Shown here in pieces: positions 37,732-47,262 of a DNA stretch of 53,262 bases (positions within the stretch are counted from its first letter, which is position 1; each line of letters starts with the position of its first letter). The stretch comes from Oscillospiraceae bacterium (GTDB taxonomy: Bacteria; Bacillota; Clostridia; Oscillospirales; Oscillospiraceae), in NCBI GenBank assembly GCA_016295615.1, contig JAEDKW010000001.1, positions 1 to 53,262 of the forward strand, given 5' to 3'. Under the pieces are notes generated by a model. It was not told the DNA's origin, did no database searches, and saw nothing but the letters and a program-made list of their open reading frames with translations. The translations under genes and the position numbers were made by a program.

Positions 37732-38587
37732 CCGCCACCTTGCCGAAGATGCCGAAGCGGTCCCAAACGTGTTCAAGCTCGGTGAAGGTTGCGGAAATAT
37801 CCGCGCCCTTCTTGCGTGCGGCAGCAAGGATCAGCGCGTTGAGCATGCTCATCGGAGCCGCCAGAGAATCCACAAAGGAGATCATCTCGTTGCGGATGAG
37901 CAGCGAGCAGGTCGAAAGCTGATAGATCGGCGACATCTCGCTGTCGGTCAGACCCACGATGGTCGCGCCGCGGTCCTTGGCAAACTGAACCGCCTTAATG
38001 GCAAGCTCGGAATAGCGCGGGAAAGAGATCGTAATGAGAACATCTTCCGGCGCAACGCGGAACAGCTGGTCAAACAGCCCGGCTTCGCCGCCCGTCACAA
38101 GGACGACATTGTCAAAAATCATGCGGAAATAGAAATTCAGATAGCCCGCGAGGAAGGAGGAGGAGCGGAAACCCACAATATAGATCTTGCGTGCGGCAGC
38201 CACTGTGTCCACAACGCGCTCAAAATCGTGCGTATCCGTCTGATCGATCGCGATCCGGATCTTTTCCATGTCGCGCTGAAGCACGTTCGTCAGCAGATCG
38301 GAGCCGGCCAAAGCGCCGTCGGACGCCTCAATACGCTGAAGAGACGTCAGCTTGCCGCGGATCATCTCCTGCAGCGCGCGCTGCATGCTGGGATAACCGT
38401 CATAGCCGAGCTGCGTTGCAAAGCGCACGACCGTGGACTCGCTTACCTGCACGGTCTTGCCAAGCTTGCTTGCCGTCATAAAGGCGGCCTTATCGTAATT
38501 TTCCAGAATAAAATGAGCGATCAGCTTTTGCCCCTTGGAAAAGCCGCTCATGTTTTTTTCAATGGTATGTAAAATATTCTTAGCCAT
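37724..38587 (-). CDS. MurR/RpiR family regulator (HTH + SIS)
   Basis: VSESTVVRFA..LGYDGY and ISFPRYS motifs. Confidence 0.9.
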   Translation of the reverse strand: MAKNILHTIEKNMSGFSKGQKLIAHFILENYDKAAFMTASKLGKTVQVSESTVVRFATQLGYDGYPSMQRALQEMIRGKLTSLQRIEASDGALAGSDLLTNVLQRDMEKIRIAIDQTDTHDFERVVDTVAAARKIYIVGFRSSSFLAGYLNFYFRMIFDNVVLVTGGEAGLFDQLFRVAPEDVLITISFPRYSELAIKAVQFAKDRGATIVGLTDSEMSPIYQLSTCSLLIRNEMISFVDSLAAPMSMLNALILAAARKKGADISATFTELEHVWDRFGIFGKVADE

Positions 38588-38607
38588 CGTTTTAACCTCT
38601 GCATCCG

Positions 38608-39309
38608 TTATTGAAATAAAGAGAGCTCCCGCTCCGTTAAGTCGCGCCATGCGCCGATGGGCAGATCGCCCAGTAAAAGATCGTGTTCCGCCACGCGCCG
38701 CAGTCTTTTCACACACAGCCCGACGGCGGCACACATGCGCCGGATCTGCCTGTTTTTGCCTTCATGAATGGTAAAAGCGAGCTCTGCCGTTTCTCTGCCC
38801 CGGTACAGGATCTCCACCTGCGCCGGGCGGATCGCTTCCCCGTCGATCTGCGTGAGGCGGGAAAGCTTTTTCGCCGCATCCCCGACCTCGCCGGCGACGG
38901 TGACATGATAGGTCTTGTTCACCTCGTACTTTGGATGCAGGATACGCTGCATCCACTCCCCGTCGTTCGTCAAAAGCAGGAGACCTTCCGAATCGAGATC
39001 CAGCCGCCCCACGGGGAAAACGCGCACACCGCAGTCCTTCACAAGCTCCGCAACGGTGGGTCTCCCCTTTTCGTCGGAAAGCGTGCAGACATACCCCCGG
39101 GGCTTGTTGAGCATCAGATACCGCTTTCGGTCGTTCCTGCCGAGCGGCACGCCGTCGACAAGGACCGAATCCAGGCTCAGATCCGCGCAGTCGCCCAAAT
39201 GCGCCTGCCGTCCGTTGACGCTCACACGCCCCTGCGCGATCCACTCCTCGGCTGAGCGCCGCGAACAAAGACCCGCTGCGGCAATCAGTTTTTGCAATCG
39301 TTCCGCCAC
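38608..39309 (-). CDS. rluB: rRNA pseudouridine synthase (RluB/RsuA family)
   Basis: S4 domain RLQK..SRR, NKPRG, GRLD and EGKNRQIRRM motifs. GTG start after GAGGTG. Confidence 0.9.
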   Translation of the reverse strand: MAERLQKLIAAAGLCSRRSAEEWIAQGRVSVNGRQAHLGDCADLSLDSVLVDGVPLGRNDRKRYLMLNKPRGYVCTLSDEKGRPTVAELVKDCGVRVFPVGRLDLDSEGLLLLTNDGEWMQRILHPKYEVNKTYHVTVAGEVGDAAKKLSRLTQIDGEAIRPAQVEILYRGRETAELAFTIHEGKNRQIRRMCAAVGLCVKRLRRVAEHDLLLGDLPIGAWRDLTERELSLFQ

Positions 39310-39319
39310 AGCGAACACC

Positions 39320-40426
39320 TCATTTTGTCAAAAGATTCCACAATTTTTCCGCAAAGCCGACCTTTTTTGCACTTACCGCAGCAATGGTGCTGTCGCTGAC
39401 CAGGTCGATCCTGCCGATCTCCTCGCTGCCGAGCCGCAGCACCAGCTCACCGAGCTTCTGCCCTGCTTCAACGGGCGCCTGCACGCTCCCGGGAAGCTCA
39501 ACACGCGAAAAGACGCTTTCATCCTCCGAAAGCGGGTAGGCAAAGGACTGCGCGCAGAGCGCTTTCACGCTTGTTCCTGCGCCGCCGCGCACTGCGACCG
39601 CCGCGTAATTCTCTCCCCGCTGCACGAGACTTTGATGATGATAGGTCGAAAAGCCGTATTCGTACAGCGCTGCATGGTCGTTCCAGTCATTGCTGTCATG
39701 CAGCGTGACGGCAATGAGCCGCAGTCCGTCCCGCTCAGCGCAGGTCACAAGCGTGCGACCGGCGCTGCTCGTATAGCCGGTCTTCAAACCGATGCAGCCG
39801 GCAAAGCTGCCCAGCAGCTTATTATGATTGCCCATCGTGCGCGTTCCCGCCGTAACGGTTTTCGTTCCGGCAATGCGCGCAAAAGTCGGGTTTTTCATCG
39901 CGTATGCCGCAAGACGCGCCATATCGAGCGCGCAGGAGTAATGTCCGGCTTCATCCAATCCGCTGGGATTGGCAAAGGACGTATGCGTCATGCCAAGCGC
40001 AGAAGCCTTCTCATTCATCCAGGCGACAAAGTTTTCCTTGCCGCTGCCGCAGTAATCGGCAAGGCATTCTGCCGCATCGTTGCCGGAGGGCAAAAGAAGC
40101 CCGTACAAAAGCTCCTCCACCGTCAGCGTCTCGCCCTCGGCGAGGTACATTGACGAGCCTTCCTTCAGATGAGCCTTTTTCACCGTCACAACATCAGATA
40201 AGCGGCAGTGCTCCAGTGCGACGATCGCCGTCATGATCTTTGTCGTGCTGGCAATGCTCTTTTCCTGCGTTTCATTTTGCGCAAGCAGCACCCGCCCACT
40301 GTCCGCATCCATCAGAATGAAGGCTTCGGCAAAGGTTTCCGGAGCCTTCGCCTGACAAGGTATTATACTTGCCAGCATATTTGCTGCAAGAAAAAATGCA
40401 ATCAGTTGGCGCGCAGTGCGCAGCAT
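39320..40426 (-). CDS. dacB: D-alanyl-D-alanine carboxypeptidase (PBP5*/DacB-like)
   Basis: Signal peptide and STTK, SGN, KTG motifs. Confidence 0.88.
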   Translation of the reverse strand: MLRTARQLIAFFLAANMLASIIPCQAKAPETFAEAFILMDADSGRVLLAQNETQEKSIASTTKIMTAIVALEHCRLSDVVTVKKAHLKEGSSMYLAEGETLTVEELLYGLLLPSGNDAAECLADYCGSGKENFVAWMNEKASALGMTHTSFANPSGLDEAGHYSCALDMARLAAYAMKNPTFARIAGTKTVTAGTRTMGNHNKLLGSFAGCIGLKTGYTSSAGRTLVTCAERDGLRLIAVTLHDSNDWNDHAALYEYGFSTYHHQSLVQRGENYAAVAVRGGAGTSVKALCAQSFAYPLSEDESVFSRVELPGSVQAPVEAGQKLGELVLRLGSEEIGRIDLVSDSTIAAVSAKKVGFAEKLWNLLTK

Positions 40427-40472
40427 ACCAAGACCACTTCCTCATATAAGAATGATCTTAGTATGCCCAAAA

Positions 40473-40871
40473 TCAGAAGATTTCCTTCTCTTCTTTCTTT
40501 TTGGCAATCATATTCTCCACGCGATCCATCAGCTCCGGGACCAGCTCCAAAATACGGTCAACCGTCGCTGCGGCGGGAACAGCAACCGGCATCATACGGG
40601 TAATGCCGTCCTTTATGATCAGAAATGCGACCGGATCGATTTTCACACCGGCGCCACCGCCGCCGCCAAACTTCTCCGTGGTCTTGCCATAGTCGCTGCC
40701 GCCGCTGCCGAAGCCGAAGCTGACGCGGGAAACGGGGATCACCGTCACACCGTCAGGCGTCGTGATCGGTTCGCCGATGATGGAATTGGAATCCACCATC
40801 TCGCGGATCTTGGACATCGTGGTGTCCATCAGTTCACTCAGCGGAGCCTTCTTTTCCGTGCTGTTTTCCAT
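40473..40871 (-). CDS. ytfJ: YtfJ/GerW sporulation protein
   Basis: IIGEPI, IPVSRVSFGFGSGG and GGGGAG..PVAFL motifs. Confidence 0.92.
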   Translation of the reverse strand: MENSTEKKAPLSELMDTTMSKIREMVDSNSIIGEPITTPDGVTVIPVSRVSFGFGSGGSDYGKTTEKFGGGGGAGVKIDPVAFLIIKDGITRMMPVAVPAAATVDRILELVPELMDRVENMIAKKKEEKEIF

Positions 40872-40885
40872 CGTTCATTTCCTTT

Positions 40886-41563
40886 CTATGCAGACAGTTT
40901 TTCTGTTGTTTGTTCCGTTGGATTTGTTGACGCTTCTCCGGTTTTTTCCGCCGGTTTCGGGTCGTTTGCATGTGCTTTTTTCAGGCGAAGGAACCATTTG
41001 ATCAGCGGCGCTGCCAAAGCAAAGAGAATGGCAAACGCGTCACAGATGCGCCCTGAGATGCCGACCTTGCCCTCGCACCGCGTCGCTTCCGCCCCGTAAT
41101 CCATTCTCAGGTGAATGGCAGGATCCGGCAGGTAAAAGATCTCCTCCGCTTTTGGCATGACCGAGAAAACAACGGCGTTTGCAATGCCGTAGGCTTCCGC
41201 GACGTCAGCAGGGTCCGCGCCGCCGAAAACGACTGTCACCTCCATCGGATCGATGCGAAGCCGTCTGCACACGCGGCGCAGCGCGGCATGCAGCGCGGAA
41301 ACAAGCTCCGAAACATCCCGAAGCGTTAGTCTGGGCAGTTTATGTGCCCTTTTTCCCTTTTTCTCCTCAGGGGCAGGCTCTTTCTTCGGCTGCTTTTCCT
41401 TTTTTGGCTTTTTCTTCTTTTTTGGCAGAAGTGTCAGCCGGAGCGGTCCGATGCGCAGCTTCACGACCGTTTCTTCGGCGAAGGTGATCGTCGCGCCGAC
41501 GCGCAAAAGACCCAGCAACAGAACGATCAGCAGAAGGATTCCTATGATTTTCAGCGCAGCCAA
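40886..41563 (-). CDS. DUF2953 (YtfI-like) membrane-anchored protein
   Basis: N-terminal TM, Lys-rich linker, DPADVA..YG motif. Upstream of ytfJ. Confidence 0.7.
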   Translation of the reverse strand: MAALKIIGILLLIVLLLGLLRVGATITFAEETVVKLRIGPLRLTLLPKKKKKPKKEKQPKKEPAPEEKKGKRAHKLPRLTLRDVSELVSALHAALRRVCRRLRIDPMEVTVVFGGADPADVAEAYGIANAVVFSVMPKAEEIFYLPDPAIHLRMDYGAEATRCEGKVGISGRICDAFAILFALAAPLIKWFLRLKKAHANDPKPAEKTGEASTNPTEQTTEKLSA

Positions 41564-41599
41564 GCAGACATCACCTCCCCGTCTTCTTCCGCCGTGATT

Positions 41600-42223
41600 T
41601 CAGTTTTCGGACTTGTCCGCGCTTTCTTCCTCCGCAGTGACCTCATGCGGGTCAAGGATCGTGCCGTCCTCCGTCAGGCGGAGCTGCCCTTCCGTTTCAA
41701 GACCGGGCAGCTCGGGAAGCTCCTCCAGAGAACTCAAGTGGAAGTCACGCAGAAACTTTTTGGTCGTCCGGTAGAGATGCGGGCGACCGGGCACCTGCAG
41801 TCTGCCGCACTCCTCGATCATGCCGCGCTCCAGCAGCAGGCTCATCGTGTAGGAGCTGTCCACGCCGCGCACCTGATCGACATAGGCGCGCGTCGTCGGC
41901 TGGTAATAGGCAATGATCGTCAGCACCTCCAGCGCAGGCTGGGAAAGCTTTGCACTCTTGCGGATTTCAAACGCACGGCGGATCGTGTCGGCATAGTCCG
42001 GCGAGGAGCAGAGCTGATAGCTTTCGTCCATCTGCACAAGACGAATGCCGCGGCGCTCATAGGCATAATAGTCGCCGAGGCGCCGGAGCACCTGCTCCGC
42101 CGTCGGGCGGTCCAGCTCGGTCGCCATGCAGATGCGCTCAATACTGACCGGCTCACCGGAGGCAAACAGGATGCCCTCCATAGCAGCCTCGATTTCTTTT
42201 ATATCCAGAGATTCCAAAGACAT
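41600..42223 (-). CDS. scpB: SMC-ScpAB subunit ScpB
   Basis: LSQPALEVL.IIAY.QP, RGV and PGRP..Y.TT motifs. Confidence 0.95.
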   Translation of the reverse strand: MSLESLDIKEIEAAMEGILFASGEPVSIERICMATELDRPTAEQVLRRLGDYYAYERRGIRLVQMDESYQLCSSPDYADTIRRAFEIRKSAKLSQPALEVLTIIAYYQPTTRAYVDQVRGVDSSYTMSLLLERGMIEECGRLQVPGRPHLYRTTKKFLRDFHLSSLEELPELPGLETEGQLRLTEDGTILDPHEVTAEEESADKSEN

Positions 42224-42273
42224 GAAATGATGATTCCTTTCCGCGTTTTCCGATGCGGCAGCGTTTTCCTGCC

Positions 42274-43059
42274 TTACATCGCGATCGTTTCCGGCGCATC
42301 TTTTTCACAGTCCACCGTACAGTCGGTGTCAGAGCCGACCAGCCGGATCACGCGCGCACGGCACAGTTCAAGCACTGCAATAAAGGTCGCCACGATCTCG
42401 CTGCGGCTGCGCGCGCCCTTGAAAAGGAGCAAAAAGCGCGTCATGCCGAAATGTTTAAGACGCTTGACGATCTCACCCGCCTTGTCGGCAACGGGATAAG
42501 GCTCGCGCTTGACGATCTCGCTGAACGCGGCAGAGGGCGGCGGAGCCATCCTTTCGCCGCGGTCGAGCACGGACTGCATCGCAAGAATGAGATCCGCCTT
42601 CTCATGGTCATACTCGTAAACCTTTCCATGCTGCATCGGCTCGGGATTCCTGGTCATGATGCTGCGCCCGAACTCGCCCATCGGTCCGAGCGTCTCCGTC
42701 AGCGTCCTGATGCGCATGTAGGTATCCTTCTGCTGGCGCTCCTTGAGCGATGCGATCAGCTCATCCATCTCGGACTGCGCTTCCTCATCCTCGATCGAGA
42801 GCAGCATGCGCGTCTTGATATACATCAGGTGCGCCGCCATCGTGATAAAATCACTGGCGATGTCGAGATCGAGCTGGCGGCGTTCCTCGAGATAGGCAAG
42901 ATATTGCTCTAAAATGAGAGCGATCGGAATGTCCTGTATTTCAATTTTGTTCTTTGAGAGCAGAAACAAAATGAGGTCAAGCGGACCTTCAAAGTCCTGC
43001 AGGGCTTCCGCACTGCGCTCATGCACCACGCTCTCAAGCTTAAAGATAGGATTGTCCAT
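42274..43059 (-). CDS. scpA: SMC-ScpAB kleisin ScpA
   Basis: FEGPLDL and TFIAVLEL motifs. Confidence 0.95.
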   Translation of the reverse strand: MDNPIFKLESVVHERSAEALQDFEGPLDLILFLLSKNKIEIQDIPIALILEQYLAYLEERRQLDLDIASDFITMAAHLMYIKTRMLLSIEDEEAQSEMDELIASLKERQQKDTYMRIRTLTETLGPMGEFGRSIMTRNPEPMQHGKVYEYDHEKADLILAMQSVLDRGERMAPPPSAAFSEIVKREPYPVADKAGEIVKRLKHFGMTRFLLLFKGARSRSEIVATFIAVLELCRARVIRLVGSDTDCTVDCEKDAPETIAM

Positions 43060-43066
43060 TCTTCCC

Positions 43067-43720
43067 TCAGAAAATCAGATTCAGCAAAAACGTATAAACG
43101 GCGGAAATCATCTGCCCGAGAATATTGTCGCCGATGCCGAGAAAAACCAGCAGCAAAAGCGCCGCCATACCGTAACGCTCATAGCGCATCAGCTTCATGT
43201 AGGCGCTGTCCGGAAGGATCGCAGCAAGCACCTTTGACCCGTCCAGCGGCGGGATGGGGATCAGATTGAAAATGCCCAACCCCACGCTCAAAGCCGCCGT
43301 CCGCATGAAAAAGTAATAAACATAGTCCCAAGCCACGGTATACGGGGCGCAGAGATAAACGCATTTGCCCAAAAGCAGCAGCATGATCGCCAGAAGAAGG
43401 TTTGAGACCGGACCGGCAAGCGCGGTAAGCGCCATTCCCTGCTTCGGCTTTTTGAAGTAGCGCATATCCACCGGCACGGGCTTTGCCCAGCCGAAGCCGA
43501 GCAGCAGCATCGATGCAAAGCCCAGCCAGTCGATGTGGTGCAGCGGATTGAGGCTGAGCCGATGCTCCCGTTTCGCGGTCGGATCGCCCAAAGCATACGC
43601 CGCCAAGCCATGACAGGTCTCATGCACGCTCAGGCAGAGAAACACGCCGACCACGCGGATCAGCGCGGACAAAAGCGCCGAAAAATCCAGAGAGTTCCAA
43701 AGTTCTGAAAAGCTATTCAC
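43067..43720 (-). CDS. Site-2 protease (M50, YwhC-like)
   Basis: HETCH, GWAKPVP, AGP and NLIPIPPLDG motifs. Confidence 0.92.
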   Translation of the reverse strand: MNSFSELWNSLDFSALLSALIRVVGVFLCLSVHETCHGLAAYALGDPTAKREHRLSLNPLHHIDWLGFASMLLLGFGWAKPVPVDMRYFKKPKQGMALTALAGPVSNLLLAIMLLLLGKCVYLCAPYTVAWDYVYYFFMRTAALSVGLGIFNLIPIPPLDGSKVLAAILPDSAYMKLMRYERYGMAALLLLVFLGIGDNILGQMISAVYTFLLNLIF

Positions 43721-43776
43721 GCAATTTCTCCCAAGAAAAGATGCAAAATGAGATCAGCACATAATAAAGTAAGTAT

Positions 43777-43805
43777 ATTATACCAGTTGTTTCCCGATTT
43801 TACAA
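43777..43805 (-). promoter_or_regulatory. sigmaA promoter of S2P-scpAB operon
   Basis: Minus strand TTGTAA-17-TATAAT. Confidence 0.7.
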
Positions 43806-43905
43806 GATTTTTTGCAATCTTTCCTGCAGACATCCTGCAAAAGTTTGCACTGTTTCTGATGATCCCCGCTTTCCGGACACCGGCATTCGGGATTTTTTCG
43901 CAAAC

Positions 43906-43935
43906 AAAAAGACCGCAGACACTCTGCGGTCTTTT
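43906..43935 (-). terminator. Terminator after tsf
   Basis: AAAAGACCGCAGA-3-TCTGCGGTCTTTT. Confidence 0.85.
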
Positions 43936-43954
43936 CTGCTTTTGCAAAAACCGA

Positions 43955-44878
43955 TTAGGCCTTCTTGACCATGGAAGCGATCTCAGCTGCGAAGTTTTCC
44001 TGCTTCTTTTCAATGCCCTCGCCCTTTTCAAAGCGAACGGCCGTCTTGAAGGTGACCTTGCCGCCGAGCTTCTTGGCCGCGTCGGCAATGTAGCTTTCGA
44101 CGCTGCCCTGGAAGATGTCGCCGCGGACGAACTCCTGCTGGAGCAGGCAGTTCTCGGCATAGAACTTGTTGAGCTTGCCGACAACGATCTTTTCCTTGAC
44201 CTGCTCGGGCTTGCCCGCCATCTTGGGATCGTTGTCCATCTGAGCCATCATGATCTGCTTCTCTTCGGCGAGAACGTCATCGCTGACCTGGCTCTTGTCC
44301 CAGAAACGGGGATTGAGCGCGGCGATCTGCATAGCGACGTTGCTGCCGATCTCAGTCGCGTCGCAGCCCTCGACCTCGAGGTTCACGAGCACGCCGATCT
44401 TGCCCTTCATGTGGACATAAGGAACGGAAACGCCGCCTTCGATGCGGAAGAAACGACGGATATTCATATTCTCGCGCAGCGCGAGGAAGAGCTCGTTCTT
44501 GGCGTCCTCCACGGTGCTCTTGCCGTCGACCCAGGTCGCCTTCATGAGGGCGTCAACATCAGCAGGATTCTGCTTGGCAACGACCTCGGCAAGGCTCTTG
44601 ACGAAAGTGACAAACTTCTCGCCGTTGGCAACGAAGTCGGTTTCGCAGTTGACTTCAACGAGAACGCCGACGCCATCGATGACGGCAGCATAAGCCATAC
44701 CTTCAGCGGCAACGCGGTTGGCTTTCTTTGCCTGGGAAGCAAGACCCTTCTCACGCAGTAAAGTGACGGCCTTTTCCATATCGCCGTCGCACTCAACAAG
44801 AGCCTTCTTGCAATCCATAAGACCGCAGCCGGTAGCCTGGCGGAGTTCATTAACGATAGCAGCAGTAATGTTAGCCAT
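43955..44878 (-). CDS. tsf: Elongation factor Ts
   Basis: LRQATG..MDCKKAL and EVNCETDFVA motifs. Confidence 0.97.
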   Translation of the reverse strand: MANITAAIVNELRQATGCGLMDCKKALVECDGDMEKAVTLLREKGLASQAKKANRVAAEGMAYAAVIDGVGVLVEVNCETDFVANGEKFVTFVKSLAEVVAKQNPADVDALMKATWVDGKSTVEDAKNELFLALRENMNIRRFFRIEGGVSVPYVHMKGKIGVLVNLEVEGCDATEIGSNVAMQIAALNPRFWDKSQVSDDVLAEEKQIMMAQMDNDPKMAGKPEQVKEKIVVGKLNKFYAENCLLQQEFVRGDIFQGSVESYIADAAKKLGGKVTFKTAVRFEKGEGIEKKQENFAAEIASMVKKA

Positions 44879-44946
44879 TGATTTATCCTCCAAATTTTTA
44901 TTAAGGACGAGGCGGGGCGCCGCCTCGCCTCGTAAAGTTTTTGAAA

Positions 44947-45690
44947 TCAGGCTTCCGCCTCGGCTTCGCCCTCGGCCTTTTCTGCCGCGGCATCCTCAGT
45001 GACTTCGCCCTGCTTGCCTTCGATCATGGCGTTTGCCATAACGGAAGCAAGGAGCTTGATGGCGCGGATCGCGTCGTCGTTGCCGGGGATGGGATAATCG
45101 ATCTCATCGGGATCGCAGTTGGTGTCCGCGATGGCGACAACGGGAATACCAAGCTTGTGCGCTTCCGCGATGGCGTTGCGCTCCTTGCGGGTATCAACGA
45201 TGAACAGCGCGCCGGGGAGCTTCTTCATCTCCTTGACGCCGCCGAGGTACTTCTCAAGCTTCTCGATCTCGCCGAGGTGCTTCATAACTTCCTTCTTGGG
45301 AAGCATATCGAACGTGCCGTCTTCCTGCATGGCCTTGAGCTGGTTGAGACGATCCACGCGGGTACGCATGGTCTTGAAGTTGGTCATCATGCCGCCGAGC
45401 CAACGGGCGTTGACATAGTAGCCGCCGCAGCGCTGGGCTTCCGTCTTGATGGCTTCCTGCGCCTGCTTCTTGGTGCCGACGAACAGAAGGTTCTGACCGC
45501 TTTCGGAGACGCTGCGGACGAAGTTATAGGCTTCCTCCAGCTTCTTGACGGTCTTCTGCAGATCGATGATGTAGATGCCGTTGCGCTCCGTGTAGATGTA
45601 GGGAGCCATTTTGGGATTCCAGCGGCGGGTCTGATGACCGAAGTGGACGCCTGCTTCGAGCAGGGCTTTCATGGATACGACGTTTGCCAT
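44947..45690 (-). CDS. rpsB: 30S ribosomal protein S2
   Basis: [16 protein letters not shown] and PGNDDAIR motifs. Confidence 0.98.
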   Translation of the reverse strand: MANVVSMKALLEAGVHFGHQTRRWNPKMAPYIYTERNGIYIIDLQKTVKKLEEAYNFVRSVSESGQNLLFVGTKKQAQEAIKTEAQRCGGYYVNARWLGGMMTNFKTMRTRVDRLNQLKAMQEDGTFDMLPKKEVMKHLGEIEKLEKYLGGVKEMKKLPGALFIVDTRKERNAIAEAHKLGIPVVAIADTNCDPDEIDYPIPGNDDAIRAIKLLASVMANAMIEGKQGEVTEDAAAEKAEGEAEAEA

Positions 45691-45721
45691 GTTTTGGGTT
45701 TCTCCTTCAAAATTTAGTTTT

Positions 45722-45795
45722 TACCTCTGAAGCCTTCTTCTCCCCTGCTAACCTTTCGGGCACAGGCAGGGAATCCGACTTCATGCGGAATACCC
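45722..45795 (-). ncRNA. rpsB 5' leader (S2 autoregulatory / t44-like structure)
   Basis: Minus-strand nested stems TGAAGTC/GGCTTCA and CCCTGC/GCAGGG with a GAAA loop, between promoter and rpsB RBS. Confidence 0.6.
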
Positions 45796-45799
45796 GAGC

Positions 45800-45828
45800 A
45801 TTATACCGCTAATATTTCCCAAATGCAA
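45800..45828 (-). promoter_or_regulatory. sigmaA promoter of rpsB-tsf
   Basis: Minus strand TTGCAT-17-TATAAT. Confidence 0.75.
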
Positions 45829-45901
45829 CAACTTTTTGCGAAAAAAGATATGAATTTTTAAGAAGTTTTCAAAAAGCTGCGTTTTTTGCCGTTCCGCACG
45901 C

Positions 45902-46192
45902 TTATCGGCGGCCGCGGCGTCTGCGGCGCTCGTAACGCTCCGGCTCACGGCGTGTGAACGGCTTGTCAATCAAAATGATGTCGTCCCCGATCTGCTTAAT
46001 GCAGTTCCACGGTATGTAAAATTCCTCTCCCCTGCCGAACAATCCGAAAAAGCGGCACGGTCCCGGCACGATGATGGCAGTAAGCTCCCCTTCGGGCAGC
46101 TTACATTCGACATCTCCGACATAGCCGAGACGGCAGCCGTCATTGATATTGATCACCTCTTTGCAGCGCAGCTCGACAAAACGGCAATTCAT
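45902..46192 (-). CDS. ylmC: YlmC/YmxH family sporulation PRC-barrel protein
   Basis: KEVININDG.RLG and IPW..I..IGDDIIL motifs, with an Arg-rich tail. Confidence 0.92.
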   Translation of the reverse strand: MNCRFVELRCKEVININDGCRLGYVGDVECKLPEGELTAIIVPGPCRFFGLFGRGEEFYIPWNCIKQIGDDIILIDKPFTRREPERYERRRRRGRR

Positions 46193-46218
46193 AAGCTCTC
46201 CCTCCTCTTTTTCCTTTC

Positions 46219-46248
46219 ATTCTATGTTTTTCGCAGGTCGTCCCATGC
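46219..46248 (-). promoter_or_regulatory. sigmaE-like promoter of ylmC
   Basis: Minus strand GCATGGG-15-CATAGAAT. Confidence 0.5.
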
Positions 46249-46302
46249 AAAAGCCGCGCAAGAAGTCCATCGAAGAAGCACGAAAAGTAAAAAATAGATT
46301 TC

Positions 46303-46330
46303 GTATGATTCCCACTGTCGCGGAAATACT
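46303..46330 (+). promoter_or_regulatory. sigmaF/sigmaG-type promoter of sigG
   Basis: GTATG-14-GGAAATACT. Confidence 0.6.
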
Positions 46331-46360
46331 GAAAGCATCAGGTTTTCGGGAGGCGTGGAA

Positions 46361-47131
46361 ATGCTTGGAAAGGTAGAGATCTGCGGGGTCAACACGGCAA
46401 AGCTGCCCTCTTTGAGCGCTCAGGAAACGGACGAGCTGCTGCGCCGCGTGAAAGAGGGCGATCAGAGCGCGCGTGAACGGCTGGTCGAAGGGAATCTGAG
46501 ACTGGTCCTTTCCGTGATCCAGCGCTTTTCCAATCGCGGCGAAAATGCGGACGACCTCTTTCAGGTCGGCTGTGTGGGTCTTTTGAAGGCGATCGATAAT
46601 TTTGACGTAAACCTGAATCTGCGCTTCAGCACCTATGGCGTGCCGATGATCCTGGGCGAGATCCGCCGGTATCTTCGCGACAACAGCTCCATCCGGGTTT
46701 CCCGCAGTATGCGCGACACAGCGTACCGCGTGCTTCAGGTACGGGAGAAACTGCAGCGTGAAAACCAGCGGGAACCATGCATCGAAGAAATTGCGCGTGA
46801 ACTGGAGCTTCCGCGCGAGGAGGTCGTTTTTGCGCTCGACGCCATCGTTGATCCCGTGTCCCTGTTTGAGCCCGTCTACTCCGAGGCCGGCGACACCATG
46901 TGCGTGATGGATCAGGTCCGGGACACAAAAAACACGGATGAAGACTGGCTGGAGCACATTGCGCTCAAAGAGGCGATGTCCCATCTCTCGGAGCGCGAGC
47001 GGCGCATCCTTGCCTTGCGCTTTTGCGACGGAAAGACGCAGATGGAGGTCTCCTCCGAGATCGGCATCTCGCAGGCGCAGGTGTCAAGGCTGGAAAAAAA
47101 CGCCATCAAATTCATCCGAAAGGAAATTTAA
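46361..47131 (+). CDS. sigG: Sporulation sigma factor G
   Basis: N-terminal KVEICGVNTAKLP, NLRLVLSVIQRF, DDLFQVGC and SQAQVSRLEK motifs. Confidence 0.95.
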   Translation: MLGKVEICGVNTAKLPSLSAQETDELLRRVKEGDQSARERLVEGNLRLVLSVIQRFSNRGENADDLFQVGCVGLLKAIDNFDVNLNLRFSTYGVPMILGEIRRYLRDNSSIRVSRSMRDTAYRVLQVREKLQRENQREPCIEEIARELELPREEVVFALDAIVDPVSLFEPVYSEAGDTMCVMDQVRDTKNTDEDWLEHIALKEAMSHLSERERRILALRFCDGKTQMEVSSEIGISQAQVSRLEKNAIKFIRKEI

Positions 47132-47162
47132 AAAGGACGCAGCCGCGGCTGCGTCCTTTTTT
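47130..47162 (+). terminator. Terminator after sigG
   Basis: AAAAAGGACGCAGCC-GC-GGCTGCGTCCTTTTTT. Confidence 0.9.
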
Positions 47163-47224
47163 CCATCTTACATATCGCTCATATTTTTGCCTGTTTTACC
47201 GCGGCAAAATACCGGACTGCAACA

Positions 47225-47254
47225 GCAAAAACACGGCTTTCGCCGTGCTTTTGC
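47225..47254 (-). terminator. Terminator after glnS
   Basis: Minus strand GCACGGC-GAAA-GCCGTGTTTTT. Confidence 0.75.
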
Positions 47255-47262
47255 GCATTTTC

